Origin: an uncultured Candidatus Saccharibacteria bacterium
GTDB lineage: Bacteria; Patescibacteriota; Minisyncoccia; Phycocordibacterales; UBA6065
Assembly: GCA_964368835.1 (NCBI GenBank)
Contig: CAYJCZ010000005.1
Location: 43,695-107,694 of the forward strand
Direction of reading: 5' to 3'
Length of the DNA stretch: 64,000 bases
Under the pieces are notes generated by a model. The model saw only the letters and a program-made list of their open reading frames with translations. It was not told the origin of the DNA and searched no databases. The translations under genes were made by a program, and so were the position numbers. This document shows, piece by piece, positions 38,312 to 48,118 of this stretch; positions within the stretch are counted from its first letter, which is position 1; every line of letters begins with the position of its first letter.

Positions 38312-39255
38312 CGTTTCTTGCCTACTATTTTCTTCCCTTTCCTCTTTACTGCTGAAATGAGAGCTTTGAATGCTGCGTAGCCACCTAGTTCTGGACGTGT
38401 CCACTCTGAGTACCATTCAGGCATATGTGAGTGTTTTGCTGACAAATCTCGGTGATGATTATTTGAATGATGCATTCCTTCAAGCAAATCTACATTGCGA
38501 CCATTTTTCTTGTGCCATGTGAGAAATGCATGAGAATCCTTTGGAAGACAGTGACCGTCATATGCTTTTCCATAGCGGAAATATGCTTTTCGTTCAAAGA
38601 AGAAATCCATAAGCTTTTCAGTCCTCTGAAGACTCTCTTTATCCTTAGGTAGAGCAATAGCATTTCCAAACTCATTAACAAAAGCGATTCGGAGTGCGTT
38701 CCAAATATTTGAAAGGTATTTAAGATAAGACGCTTCTTCTGGAGTACCATGAAATACTTTGACTGCCCGTCGATCCCAGATATCAAAGAAGCTCGGCCAC
38801 TTTTTTTCACTTTTCTTACCCAAAAGGAAATAGTGAGGATTCATGCACTCTTCCACGGCTTTCTTTTCGTGCAAAAATTCTGGAACATAGAAATCAAACT
38901 TAAGTCCACCAAGATGTCCCGGCAAAATCGTTGATCGCAAAATCACACCTCCCTTTGCACCCTTAAGTGAATCAAGGGCTTTTTTAATAAGTGAAATATC
39001 CTGCTCTCCATCAGGCAAAACTCTGTCTCCAACAGAAACGATGTACCAAGTGTCAGCACCATCCTCATCAAGAACTTTTTTTAGTCTTTTAAGCTTCTTG
39101 TATGCCTCCTTATATTTATCTTCGTATTTCAGAGTCGGCGTACCCGGATCAAAGTAGCAGACATTATAGCCAGCATTAGAAAGCGACAGCGCATTCGCCT
39201 GTCCAACCCATCCAAAACCAACAATCACAACGGTTTCTTTCGTGTTTGGTTTCAT
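38308..39255 (-). CDS. Nucleotide-sugar dehydrogenase family protein (UDP-glucose/GDP-mannose dehydrogenase-like, C-terminally short)
   Basis: Rossmann 'VVIVGFGWVGQANA' and a catalytic-Cys region 'DGHCLPKD' (canonical GGSCFPKD). The protein is only 315 aa, so the C-terminal UDP-binding domain is largely missing. Confidence 0.5.
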   Translation of the reverse strand: MKPNTKETVVIVGFGWVGQANALSLSNAGYNVCYFDPGTPTLKYEDKYKEAYKKLKRLKKVLDEDGADTWYIVSVGDRVLPDGEQDISLIKKALDSLKGAKGGVILRSTILPGHLGGLKFDFYVPEFLHEKKAVEECMNPHYFLLGKKSEKKWPSFFDIWDRRAVKVFHGTPEEASYLKYLSNIWNALRIAFVNEFGNAIALPKDKESLQRTEKLMDFFFERKAYFRYGKAYDGHCLPKDSHAFLTWHKKNGRNVDLLEGMHHSNNHHRDLSAKHSHMPEWYSEWTRPELGGYAAFKALISAVKRKGKKIVGKKR

Positions 39256-39313
39256 AATTTCTATTTAAGTACCGAAATGCTATCATTTAAAAACTACATA
39301 ATCAACGACCAAC

Positions 39314-40315
39314 ATGGCACAGAAGAAAAAGGCGCTTATTACCGGAGGAGCAGGTTTCGTGGGTTCCCATCTTGCCAAAAGGCTCGTAAATTCAGGATAC
39401 GAAGTCGTCATCGCTGACAACTTCTTTAGAAGTGAAAAAGATGCTGATCTCAAGGAGCTTCTCGCGCACCCATCAGTCACTATGATTGAAGGAGACCTCA
39501 CCAAAGCAGAATCATGGGACAAACTCGGTAAAGGATATGATCATGTGTATCACCTTGCGAGCATAAACGGCACAAAACTTTTCTATGAGATTCCTCACGA
39601 AGTTTTGCGCATTGGTATCATGTCTGCATTCCATGTACTTGATTGGTTTCGTGAAAAAAATGGAAAGAAAGACGCGAAAATTCTCTTTACTTCATCAAAT
39701 GAAGCTTATGCGGGTGCGCTCGAAGCGTTTGGCAAACTTCCGATTCCAACACCAGAGAATGTACCGCTAGTAATTGCTGATACATACAACGCCCGATGGT
39801 CATATGGCGGTCAAAAACTTATCGGCGAGCTTCTATTCATCCATTACGCAAAGGCATACAACTTTCGAATGTCGATTGTGCGCCCACACAACTTCTATGG
39901 ACCACGAGAAGGATACCTTCACGTTATCCCTGAAATAATTGAGCGTGCACGGCAAAAAACAGATCCATTTCCAATTTTTGGTTCAGATGACATGCGATCA
40001 TTCTGCTATATCGATGATGCTGTTGAGGCAATACAAGCTGTAATGGAATCAACCAAAACAGATGGTGGTACATATCACATCGGTAGCAATGATGAGATCG
40101 TTATCAAAGATCTCATTGAAAAGATTTTCACAATAATGAATTGGCACCCAGATAAGCTTGATATCAAATCTTCACCTGCTGGTAGCGTAAAGCGTCGGTT
40201 GGCAGATGTATCGAAAATAAAAAAAGATACTGGTTGGGAGGCAAAAACATCGCTCGATGAGGGCCTTAAGAAAATAGTTGATTGGTATCTGAAAAATCCA
40301 AAGCCGACAAAATAA
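39314..40315 (+). CDS. NAD-dependent epimerase/dehydratase (extended SDR, UXS/4,6-dehydratase-like)
   Basis: 'ITGGAGFVGSHLAKRL' and a catalytic 'YGGQK' (YxxxK). Confidence 0.8.
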   Translation: MAQKKKALITGGAGFVGSHLAKRLVNSGYEVVIADNFFRSEKDADLKELLAHPSVTMIEGDLTKAESWDKLGKGYDHVYHLASINGTKLFYEIPHEVLRIGIMSAFHVLDWFREKNGKKDAKILFTSSNEAYAGALEAFGKLPIPTPENVPLVIADTYNARWSYGGQKLIGELLFIHYAKAYNFRMSIVRPHNFYGPREGYLHVIPEIIERARQKTDPFPIFGSDDMRSFCYIDDAVEAIQAVMESTKTDGGTYHIGSNDEIVIKDLIEKIFTIMNWHPDKLDIKSSPAGSVKRRLADVSKIKKDTGWEAKTSLDEGLKKIVDWYLKNPKPTK

Positions 40316-40350
40316 AAATACCGGGATTAATCCCGGTATTTTTATTTTTT
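40312..40350. terminator. Bidirectional intrinsic terminator between the epimerase gene (+) and the DegT gene (-)
   Basis: Hairpin ataccggga-ttaa-tcccggtat flanked by an A-run and a T-run. Confidence 0.6.
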
Positions 40351-41442
40351 ACCCTTGTAAAAATTCTTTATCTCAGTGCAAACAGTCATTGTCTCTTCGT
40401 CTGTCATGGTAAACGCAGATGGCAGCCATAATGCTTGTGGCACCAGTTTTGTAGAGTTAGGAAAATTTTTGTCAGATACTTTGTATGCAGGTTGTCTGTG
40501 AAGCGGAAACCAGAATCGACGACAATCAATATTTCGCTCTCGTAGGAATGCGTCGAGTTCATCCCGCTTCTCAACGAGCACATCTGTCCATTGCGGAATT
40601 TCGCCCTTCTTTGTATCACACTCAAAGATTTCAAATCCCTTTATCCCCTCCAATTCCTTCTTGTAGATCTCATGGATCTTCTTCATTCGTTCAAGGCGCT
40701 TATCGAGCATTGCCATCTGACCGAGTGCTACAGCAGCCTGCAGATCCGTAAACTTGAAGTTAAAGCCAAGTGTTGGATGTACATCATCACCGCCAGTAAG
40801 CTTCCCTTCAACACCCTGATTTCGAAGTTGTCGCATACGGATATAGAGCTTTTCGTCATTTGTCACAACAAATCCTCCCTGACCTGATGTTATGGTTTTA
40901 TTTGGTGAAAGAGAAAAACATCCCGCATTACCAAATGTTCCCAGAAACTTTCCATCCTTTTTTGAACAGAATGCTTCCGCCGCATCCTCTACTACAACAA
41001 GTCCTTTCTTCTGTGCAAAAGAAATAACGTCAGCCAGGTGTTCTGACCTGCCACTTACATGAACAGGAATAATTGCTTTAGTTTTCTTGGTGACGGCTTT
41101 TTCTAGGGCCTTCATATCAAACATCAAAGACTTGTCGACATCTGCAAACACAGGCGTTGCTCCTGCGAGTGTGACCGCATTAGCGGTAGCGATGTAGGTT
41201 ATATCTGGAACAATGACTTCGTCACCATGACCAACACCGAGTCCCTTGAGAGCCATGAATATTGCTACTGTTCCTGAATTTGTTGCAAGAGCATATTTTG
41301 CTCCAAGACGCTTGGCTACCTCGGCCTCAAACTTTTCGGTCATAGGACCTTGATTCGTGTAGTTATTATCAAGAACCTGCTTTATGAGAGGATATTCTTC
41401 GGTTCCGATCTGTGGCATCCACCAAGGAATTTTTTTGTTCAT
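40342..41442 (-). CDS. DegT/DnrJ/EryC1/StrS family PLP-dependent sugar aminotransferase
   Basis: 366 aa, with a '...DAAEAFCSKKDGKFLGTFGNAGCFSLSPNKTITSGQGG...' region carrying the conserved Lys. Confidence 0.85.
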   Translation of the reverse strand: MNKKIPWWMPQIGTEEYPLIKQVLDNNYTNQGPMTEKFEAEVAKRLGAKYALATNSGTVAIFMALKGLGVGHGDEVIVPDITYIATANAVTLAGATPVFADVDKSLMFDMKALEKAVTKKTKAIIPVHVSGRSEHLADVISFAQKKGLVVVEDAAEAFCSKKDGKFLGTFGNAGCFSLSPNKTITSGQGGFVVTNDEKLYIRMRQLRNQGVEGKLTGGDDVHPTLGFNFKFTDLQAAVALGQMAMLDKRLERMKKIHEIYKKELEGIKGFEIFECDTKKGEIPQWTDVLVEKRDELDAFLRERNIDCRRFWFPLHRQPAYKVSDKNFPNSTKLVPQALWLPSAFTMTDEETMTVCTEIKNFYKGKK

Positions 41443-41444
41443 AC

Positions 41445-42704
41445 TTATTTAATTACTTTTGGAATAGGAAGAGGAATTATGAATTTTGACTTACAACCAA
41501 GTTCTTTCATTTTCTTAACTAACTCCTGTCCAATATGCCATGAAAGAACCAAAACATACTCCGGCTGATCTTTAAAAATCTTTGCTTCGTCCACAACAGG
41601 AATGTGTGTACCTGGTGTATAAAGACCAATTTTTGGCGATCCGCTTTTTTCGCCAAGATAATCCACAAGATTTGTATCAATATGAGTGAATCCAAGAAGA
41701 GTGTTTGATCGCGCAGCACTTGAAAGCCCTACAATTCTTCCACCTTTCTTTTTTATATCTAGTAGCAAAGCTACCAAATCTCTCTTTGCATTGATCACCT
41801 TGTTAGCAAAACCTAGCAATGAAGAATAATCATACAGGCCAGCTTTTTCCTCTGCAGACAAAATTTCTTTTACTCGAGCACTTGTAGTTCTCTTTCCTTT
41901 CATTGCATACACTCGAATCGAACCTCCGGCAGCGCTAATTCGCTCTGCATCAACAATGGTAAGTCCAGCTAGCTCAAAAAGTCTCATGAGAGGCTTGAGC
42001 GCGTAGAAGCGAAGATGCTCATGATATATAGTATCGAACTCAAGTTTTTCGACGATATCCATCAAATACTGAGATTCGGAAATAAACACACCATCCTTAT
42101 CAAGAATTGATGCAACGTTTTTTGCGAGGCCAACGGTGTCGTTGATGTGTGCAAACACGTTTGTCGCTGTTACGAAACGAGCCTTTCCCTGTTTTTTAAC
42201 AATTACCGCTGCAGATGTTTTATCAAAAAACGCCTCGAGTGTTGGAATTCCATTTTTATTAGCCACTTTTGCAGCACCGGTTGGTTCAACTCCAAACACC
42301 TTCATACCCTTATCTTTAAAGCCTTGAAGAAGTGTTCCGTCATTTGATCCTATATCAACAATCAGATCATCTTTTTTGAATGGATAATTTTTTTCGAGCG
42401 TGTCTGCAAGTGAGCGGAAATTTCTGATGAGCATGTTCGTGAGTCCCGTACGATACGGATAATGCGGAGGAAATACGATCTTAGGATCTACAACATGATC
42501 GATCTGTACCAAGCAGCAATCTGAACACATGACCAAATTAAGAGGAAACGTTGCCTCGGGCATATGCATTTTCTGTTCTGTAAGATATTCCTGAACAACA
42601 GGCTGATGTCCCAAAGAAAGAATCATCCTGAGTTCTTTGTTGCCGCAAATCTGACACTCTGTGACTGGACCAATGTACTTATTAGGCTTAGCTTTCATTT
42701 TCAT
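41445..42704 (-). CDS. SAM-dependent methyltransferase with an N-terminal Zn-ribbon; sugar C-methyltransferase-like (TylC3/NovU-type architecture)
   Basis: N-terminal 'CQICGN...CSDCC' zinc ribbon, a central Rossmann 'LIVDIGSNDGTLL', and a C-terminal domain typical of C-methyltransferases acting on NDP-4-keto sugars. Confidence 0.5.
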   Translation of the reverse strand: MKMKAKPNKYIGPVTECQICGNKELRMILSLGHQPVVQEYLTEQKMHMPEATFPLNLVMCSDCCLVQIDHVVDPKIVFPPHYPYRTGLTNMLIRNFRSLADTLEKNYPFKKDDLIVDIGSNDGTLLQGFKDKGMKVFGVEPTGAAKVANKNGIPTLEAFFDKTSAAVIVKKQGKARFVTATNVFAHINDTVGLAKNVASILDKDGVFISESQYLMDIVEKLEFDTIYHEHLRFYALKPLMRLFELAGLTIVDAERISAAGGSIRVYAMKGKRTTSARVKEILSAEEKAGLYDYSSLLGFANKVINAKRDLVALLLDIKKKGGRIVGLSSAARSNTLLGFTHIDTNLVDYLGEKSGSPKIGLYTPGTHIPVVDEAKIFKDQPEYVLVLSWHIGQELVKKMKELGCKSKFIIPLPIPKVIK

Positions 42705-42783
42705 GGCTTAGATTATAGGTTTTCTGCGTTCCTGCTTTAGAATAATGCGTCAAGTATAGCTTGAAATCCCGCCTTTTTTTAGA

Positions 42784-42812
42784 TTGACAAAGATAGATGC
42801 GGGTGCTTTTAT
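42784..42812 (+). promoter_or_regulatory. Candidate promoter for the HD-domain gene in the divergent intergenic region
   Basis: TTGACA at 42784-42789, a 17-nt spacer, and TTTTAT, which is a weak -10. Confidence 0.25.
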
Positions 42813-42848
42813 CAATACCACAAGATTGATCAATTACACTCCATCCTC

Positions 42849-43574
42849 ATGAACTCTAAAAGAATTTGGGACGTGTTCCCCGCTTTAACAAAAGCAATAA
42901 AAAAGTCGCATGATGAACAGCAGGCGAAGAGTGGTTTTGAAATGTTTTACGGTCATGATTTCGATCACGCATTACGTGTTGCTGATTACGCAATGAAAAT
43001 TGCTGAAGACCCGCGTGTCGGAGCTTTGGCTGGTGCATCAGGACTGTGCCATAACGCTGATCGAATTTTGCAAATTCAAGCGGGTGTTGGTGCCTACGGT
43101 GAAATAGATGATATTTTAGTTACTGAATGTGTAAACACATGGCTTGATGCAGAACCTGTCGGAACATTTAGTGTTCAAGAAAGAAATACTATTCTTCAAT
43201 CTGTACTCAACCACAGCAAACCTAACGAAATAACTGACAGCGCTGTGCTCATTGCACTCAAGGATGCAGATCGACTTACAAATGTAGATAGCGACATTCT
43301 GGTCAGAGAAGGTCAGTTTCATGGAGATGCCCTAAAAGTAGTAGATCCGATGAAACTTCTCAGTGATCCTCATGCTACTTACAGAAATTCAGGTTCAATA
43401 CTCAGACACATACAAGAATTTCTGGATTGGGAGAAAGAAGGCGGATTTGTTGGCATAAGACTACCGAAGGCTCGTGAAATCGCAAAAACACGTTTTGATT
43501 TTCTACGTCTCTATTTAAAAACTGTTATTGATCAACGAAAGGAAGCAGGTCTTATACCTTATCCTAAACTTTAA
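42849..43574 (+). CDS. HD-domain metal-dependent phosphohydrolase
   Basis: 'FYGHDFDHALRVADYA' H..HD motif, and 'ALKDADRL'. Confidence 0.6.
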   Translation: MNSKRIWDVFPALTKAIKKSHDEQQAKSGFEMFYGHDFDHALRVADYAMKIAEDPRVGALAGASGLCHNADRILQIQAGVGAYGEIDDILVTECVNTWLDAEPVGTFSVQERNTILQSVLNHSKPNEITDSAVLIALKDADRLTNVDSDILVREGQFHGDALKVVDPMKLLSDPHATYRNSGSILRHIQEFLDWEKEGGFVGIRLPKAREIAKTRFDFLRLYLKTVIDQRKEAGLIPYPKL

Positions 43575-44347
43575 TCAAAACCTTTAAAGTATTTCTTTTC
43601 AACTATTACCATTTCTTTTTCTCCGATTTTGAAATCAGCCGGAGGAAATGGTTCGAATGTCATTGCACGAATAAATCTTTCTATCGTTTTTCCATCCCAC
43701 GACCAGTCTATTTTTCCATCATTTGGCAAACCTTTTGGATATGTGGTGGCCTTTGATTCATCCTGGCGATATGAGTCTATTTTTTTCCCTGCAATCCAGA
43801 GATCAGTAAAATTTTTAAAGAGTTCCCCTCCCGCGACCGTAAACTTGTCATAGACTGTTCGAGCAGTATCAAAATCAGTAATTGGAAATGCCTTTTGAGA
43901 AACAATTGGACCGGTGTCCATGGTGTCTTCCATGAACTGGAGAGTTGCTCCTGTTTCCTTTTCATTATTGAAGAGTGCGTGGACGGTCGAATATCGTCCC
44001 CGATACTTTGGTAAAAGTGCAGGATGAATGTTTATGGTTCCACCCTTTGGAATAGCCAGGATTTCTTTTGGCACTATATGTATCCCACCGATGCAGAAAA
44101 TCACATCAGGGTTGATTTCTTTTACTTTTGCAAGAACCTCAGGTTCGCGAAGATTTTTACCCCGCATAATTTCCAACCCTGCAGCTTCTGCAGTCTTTGC
44201 TAATGAATCATGCCAAGTCTCTTTTGGGCTCTCATCGTCTGAATTAGGAATCACAATGTCGGGACGGATTCCCTTTTCAAGAAGAATATTAAGACAATCC
44301 ACTCCAATCTGCTTACCGCCCATAAACACGCATTTTTTATTTGTCAT
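43571..44347 (-). CDS. Formyltransferase (Fmt/ArnA-N-like; probable sugar N-formyltransferase)
   Basis: 'GGTINIHPALLPKYRG' N10-formyl-THF motif, with the catalytic His-Asp in context. The start was chosen at 'MTNKKCVFMGG'. Confidence 0.75.
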   Translation of the reverse strand: MTNKKCVFMGGKQIGVDCLNILLEKGIRPDIVIPNSDDESPKETWHDSLAKTAEAAGLEIMRGKNLREPEVLAKVKEINPDVIFCIGGIHIVPKEILAIPKGGTINIHPALLPKYRGRYSTVHALFNNEKETGATLQFMEDTMDTGPIVSQKAFPITDFDTARTVYDKFTVAGGELFKNFTDLWIAGKKIDSYRQDESKATTYPKGLPNDGKIDWSWDGKTIERFIRAMTFEPFPPADFKIGEKEMVIVEKKYFKGFD

Positions 44348-44469
44348 AGAAGTATCTTTAAGTATACAGAATTGAGGTTTTTGGTCGAGAAACTCGCCAA
44401 TGTATATAATTTGACGCACCATATCCTTAAAGCTAGAATCAGCATACGTTTAAATAACTCCAACTCCCA

Positions 44470-45345
44470 ATGAACCCTATAAAACTCTCGTATGTAACGA
44501 GCACGATGAATAAACTTCCCTATCTCAAGATTTCCCTTGAGCGGCTCATGAAAGTTCGAAAGCCGGATGAAGAAATCATGGTTGCTGATGGCGGCTCAAC
44601 TGATGGCACAAAAGAATACCTTGAAAAACTTTTTAAAGAAGGAAAAATAGACTATTTCACGTCAGGTAAAGACGCTGGAGAATCACACGCTCTCAACAAG
44701 CTATTCCTCAAAGCTCGCGGTGAACTCATCACCCTTATCACTGACGATGATGCTTTCAATCACGCAAACATTCAAGAGTGTAAAAAATTCATGCTTGAGC
44801 ACCAGGAAATCGATATGCTCGGTACTGATGGTGGCAAGAAAAATCAGGACTTAAACGAATCTGTGCGCCGACTAACGTACGTCTCTCTTTTTAAGACATG
44901 GAAAGAAAAGCACACTCCTTTTATGACATGCGGACTTGGCCTCATGCTTCGCACTTCATCACTGCCCATCCTTGGTCTTTGGAATCCCCCATTTTCACGT
45001 GCCGATGCAGAATTTATGCTTCGTGTGACATCTGGTAAATCAAAGCTTGCATGGTATTCGAATCCTAGTTTCGTAAACATAAGCAACCCTTTGAGTGTGA
45101 GTGTTACCAAGATGAAGAAAATATTCTACGAAACACAAAGGCTCGAACAGATGTATTTGGGTCGTGTTTTTGTACAGCCAAAATGGTATGTAGAACTCCG
45201 TGAGAAAATATCAAAACTCATTAAGGGTGAAAAGAAAAACACCATCGTTGCTTCACTCGCACTTTCAGAATGGGAAAAAATTCTCGTAAAATCAGAAGAA
45301 TGGCTTAAGCAAGAAAATTCAAAGCCGGGCGAATTCTTGTATTAA
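44470..45345 (+). CDS. Glycosyltransferase family 2
   Basis: 'SYVTSTMNKLPYL' and 'EIMVADGGSTDGT' (DxD region). Confidence 0.65.
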   Translation: MNPIKLSYVTSTMNKLPYLKISLERLMKVRKPDEEIMVADGGSTDGTKEYLEKLFKEGKIDYFTSGKDAGESHALNKLFLKARGELITLITDDDAFNHANIQECKKFMLEHQEIDMLGTDGGKKNQDLNESVRRLTYVSLFKTWKEKHTPFMTCGLGLMLRTSSLPILGLWNPPFSRADAEFMLRVTSGKSKLAWYSNPSFVNISNPLSVSVTKMKKIFYETQRLEQMYLGRVFVQPKWYVELREKISKLIKGEKKNTIVASLALSEWEKILVKSEEWLKQENSKPGEFLY

Positions 45346-45349
45346 AGTA

Positions 45350-46501
45350 ATGGAAATATCTTTTTCTCCACTCTCTGTTTTCCTTAGAAAAATCGAAAAT
45401 AAGCTCTTCGGTCAAATATCTCTATCACCAAAGAAAGCTTCAGGTAAGCGAGCTCTTGTATCGTATGTAAAGCATCCTTTCCTTTTGTCGGCGCAGGAAC
45501 TTGGGCGCGTCCCACATACCAACCCATTTGAATGTTTGGATACAGTACTTGTACTTCTAAACGCTGGTTACCATGTTGATGTTATAGATTGGACCGACAC
45601 AAAGTTCATACCAACTAAAAAGTATGATCTCTGTATTGATGTTCATCAAAATCTAGAACGACTCAAAAACGTTCTACCAAAGGAGTGTGTGAAAATCTTT
45701 TACATAACAGGTGCACATTGGAAGTTTCAAAATTCATCTGAGAACAAGCGCATGGAAGAGCTAAAGAAAAGACGCGGTATAACTCTAGCTCCGCGCCGAA
45801 ATATTGTACCCGCTGATAATATTGAGCATTGCGATTTTGCCCTCGCGCTTGGATCAGAGTTTGCAAAAGGAACGTACCTCTACGCAAAGAAAGATATCGA
45901 GAGAATTCCTCTGCCTTCAGTTGTATTTTATGACTCGCCCGAAACAAAGAATTTCAGCTCTATCCGAAATAATTTTGTATGGATTGGTGGTGGAGGTGCG
46001 GTTCACAAGGGTCTTGATGTAACCCTTGAATGCTTTAAGGATTTACCAAATCACACTCTCACCATCTGCGGTCCAGTACGGGCAGAAAAAGATTTTGCCG
46101 AACTCTATAAAAAAGAATTGTTTGAAACACCTTCAATTAAAACTGTTGGCCGCATAGACATTCGAAGTAAGGAATTTAAAGATATCGTACAAAATTCAGT
46201 TGCCCTCATTTACCCATCATGTTCTGAAGGACAATCTGGAAGTGTCATCACAGCCCTCCAAGCAGGACTAATTCCCCTTATAAGTTACGAATCAGGCGTT
46301 GATGTAAATGATTTTGGAAAAATTCTCGCAGGTCATTCACCTGAGTACCTCAAACAAGAAGTTTTGGCGCTTTCAAACAGAAATCCTGAAGAGCTCAAGA
46401 AAATGGCTGTTTCTGCCTGGAAGTATGCTCGACAGAACCACAGCCGTGAAATATTTCGCGCTACAATAGAAAAGATTCTACGAAAGAGAAACCTTATATG
46501 A
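45350..46501 (+). CDS. Glycosyltransferase family 4 (GT-B)
   Basis: C-terminal 'FVWIGGGGAVHKGLD...SCSEGQSGSVITALQAGLIPLIS' (EX7E-like). Confidence 0.6.
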   Translation: MEISFSPLSVFLRKIENKLFGQISLSPKKASGKRALVSYVKHPFLLSAQELGRVPHTNPFECLDTVLVLLNAGYHVDVIDWTDTKFIPTKKYDLCIDVHQNLERLKNVLPKECVKIFYITGAHWKFQNSSENKRMEELKKRRGITLAPRRNIVPADNIEHCDFALALGSEFAKGTYLYAKKDIERIPLPSVVFYDSPETKNFSSIRNNFVWIGGGGAVHKGLDVTLECFKDLPNHTLTICGPVRAEKDFAELYKKELFETPSIKTVGRIDIRSKEFKDIVQNSVALIYPSCSEGQSGSVITALQAGLIPLISYESGVDVNDFGKILAGHSPEYLKQEVLALSNRNPEELKKMAVSAWKYARQNHSREIFRATIEKILRKRNLI

Positions 46502-47352
46502 AGCCCCTCATTTCAGTAATAATCCCTGCACACAATAATGAAGCCACAATCGGCGATGCTATTTCATCGATGATCAACCAGACATGGAAAGAACTCGAGA
46601 TACTTGTGATTGATGACAACAGCACTGATAACACAAAAAATGTGGTCCTGGATTACGTTAAGAAGGACGCCCGCGTGTTCTATTATTCTCTTCCCTTCGA
46701 CGATCCAAATAGAGTGAATAAAAGGGGCCGCAATATAAACGCCGGTTACATGGCCCGCAATTATGGTTTTGAAAAAGTGAAGGGTGACTATATAACGTTT
46801 CAGGATGCTGATGATGCTTCTTTTCTTAATCGAATTGAAGCTCAATATGAATTACTCGTAAGACATAATGCGACCCACGTGACACTCGATTGGCAAACAT
46901 TCGATTCAAGGCTTGTAGGTAAAAAATTCAATATCAAACAATTCATGGAAGATAATAAAAACCTTATCGTCCGTCCAGATGAATTAGTGGCACTAGCCAA
47001 GGAATCAAAAGGTATTTTTATAAAACTACTCCCGAAATTCGCTCCTTTTGTGGATTTCGAAATAAAGAGACTGCGAGTCATTAATAAACTATTTTTCGGT
47101 TCACTTGAAAGCTATCCTGGCACAGGCAATTCACCGCTTTTCAAGCGAGAAGTAATTGAACGGGTACAATTTCGCAAACTAGCCGACAGAGTGTGGCCAT
47201 CATTTATGGGTCGCGGCGCAGACAGAGATTTTAACCTTCAAGTTGCAGAGACCTACAAGAATAGCTATGTATTCTTTATACCAATGTATATGTGGAGAGT
47301 TAATCGCCCGAATGAACGATATCAAACGCTTGATAGTTATATAATTACTTAG
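46498..47352 (+). CDS. Glycosyltransferase family 2
   Basis: 'ISVIIPAHNNEATI...ILVIDDNSTDNT...QDADD'. Confidence 0.8.
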   Translation: MKPLISVIIPAHNNEATIGDAISSMINQTWKELEILVIDDNSTDNTKNVVLDYVKKDARVFYYSLPFDDPNRVNKRGRNINAGYMARNYGFEKVKGDYITFQDADDASFLNRIEAQYELLVRHNATHVTLDWQTFDSRLVGKKFNIKQFMEDNKNLIVRPDELVALAKESKGIFIKLLPKFAPFVDFEIKRLRVINKLFFGSLESYPGTGNSPLFKREVIERVQFRKLADRVWPSFMGRGADRDFNLQVAETYKNSYVFFIPMYMWRVNRPNERYQTLDSYIIT

Positions 47353-47353
47353 C

Positions 47354-48118
47354 ATGAAAGAAACACTCAAAAATATCTCCTTACTTAAATACCTCGTGAT
47401 TACAACGAGAGCTTTTAAAGTAAAACCTGGTTTTATTGTGAGGACAAAACAGCTAACCTCATATTTGAATGACTGGAAGACATACAACAAGCTTCCTCGA
47501 AATAGCGCATACAAAAATAGTACCGCTGATCTTTTTCCACGCATCGAGGACAAGACTACAAATCATGAGATTGATCCTATCTATTTTATTCAAGGATGTT
47601 GGTGTGCTCGTAAGGTATTCGAAAACAAACCATCGCAGCACTTTGATATCGCTTCGCAGGCGCTTATGGTTGGCATCATTTCTCAATTCGTTCCAACAAC
47701 CATGATCGATATTCGCCCCCTATCGATCAAGCTTCCCGGCCTTTCATTTGTCCAAGGAGACATCACAAAGCTTCCTTTCAAAAACGGCGAAATACAATCA
47801 CTTTCATCTATATGTGTCATTGAGCACATTGGACTTGGTCGCTATGGTGATCCTCTTGATCAGTTTGGTACGGAAAAGGCTGCAGCTGAACTGACACGTG
47901 TGTTGGCACCCCAGGGCTCTCTTTATATTTCAGTGCCGATTGATAAAGAAAACAAAACATATTTCAACGCACACCGTGCATTCACACGAGACCGAGTCAT
48001 CGAACTTTTCAGCGGATTAAAGCTTGTCGAAGAAAAGTACATCTATGGACGCACTGTATTTGATACATACGAGGAGAGCAAAGGTTTTGGAACAGGGCTA
48101 TATCATTTCAAAAAATAA
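47354..48118 (+). CDS. Methyltransferase-fold protein (DUF268-like)
   Basis: 'LSFVQGDITKLPFKNGEIQSLSSICVIEHIGLGRYGDPLD' resembles a SAM-methyltransferase-fold family; the assignment is tentative. Confidence 0.4.
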   Translation: MKETLKNISLLKYLVITTRAFKVKPGFIVRTKQLTSYLNDWKTYNKLPRNSAYKNSTADLFPRIEDKTTNHEIDPIYFIQGCWCARKVFENKPSQHFDIASQALMVGIISQFVPTTMIDIRPLSIKLPGLSFVQGDITKLPFKNGEIQSLSSICVIEHIGLGRYGDPLDQFGTEKAAAELTRVLAPQGSLYISVPIDKENKTYFNAHRAFTRDRVIELFSGLKLVEEKYIYGRTVFDTYEESKGFGTGLYHFKK

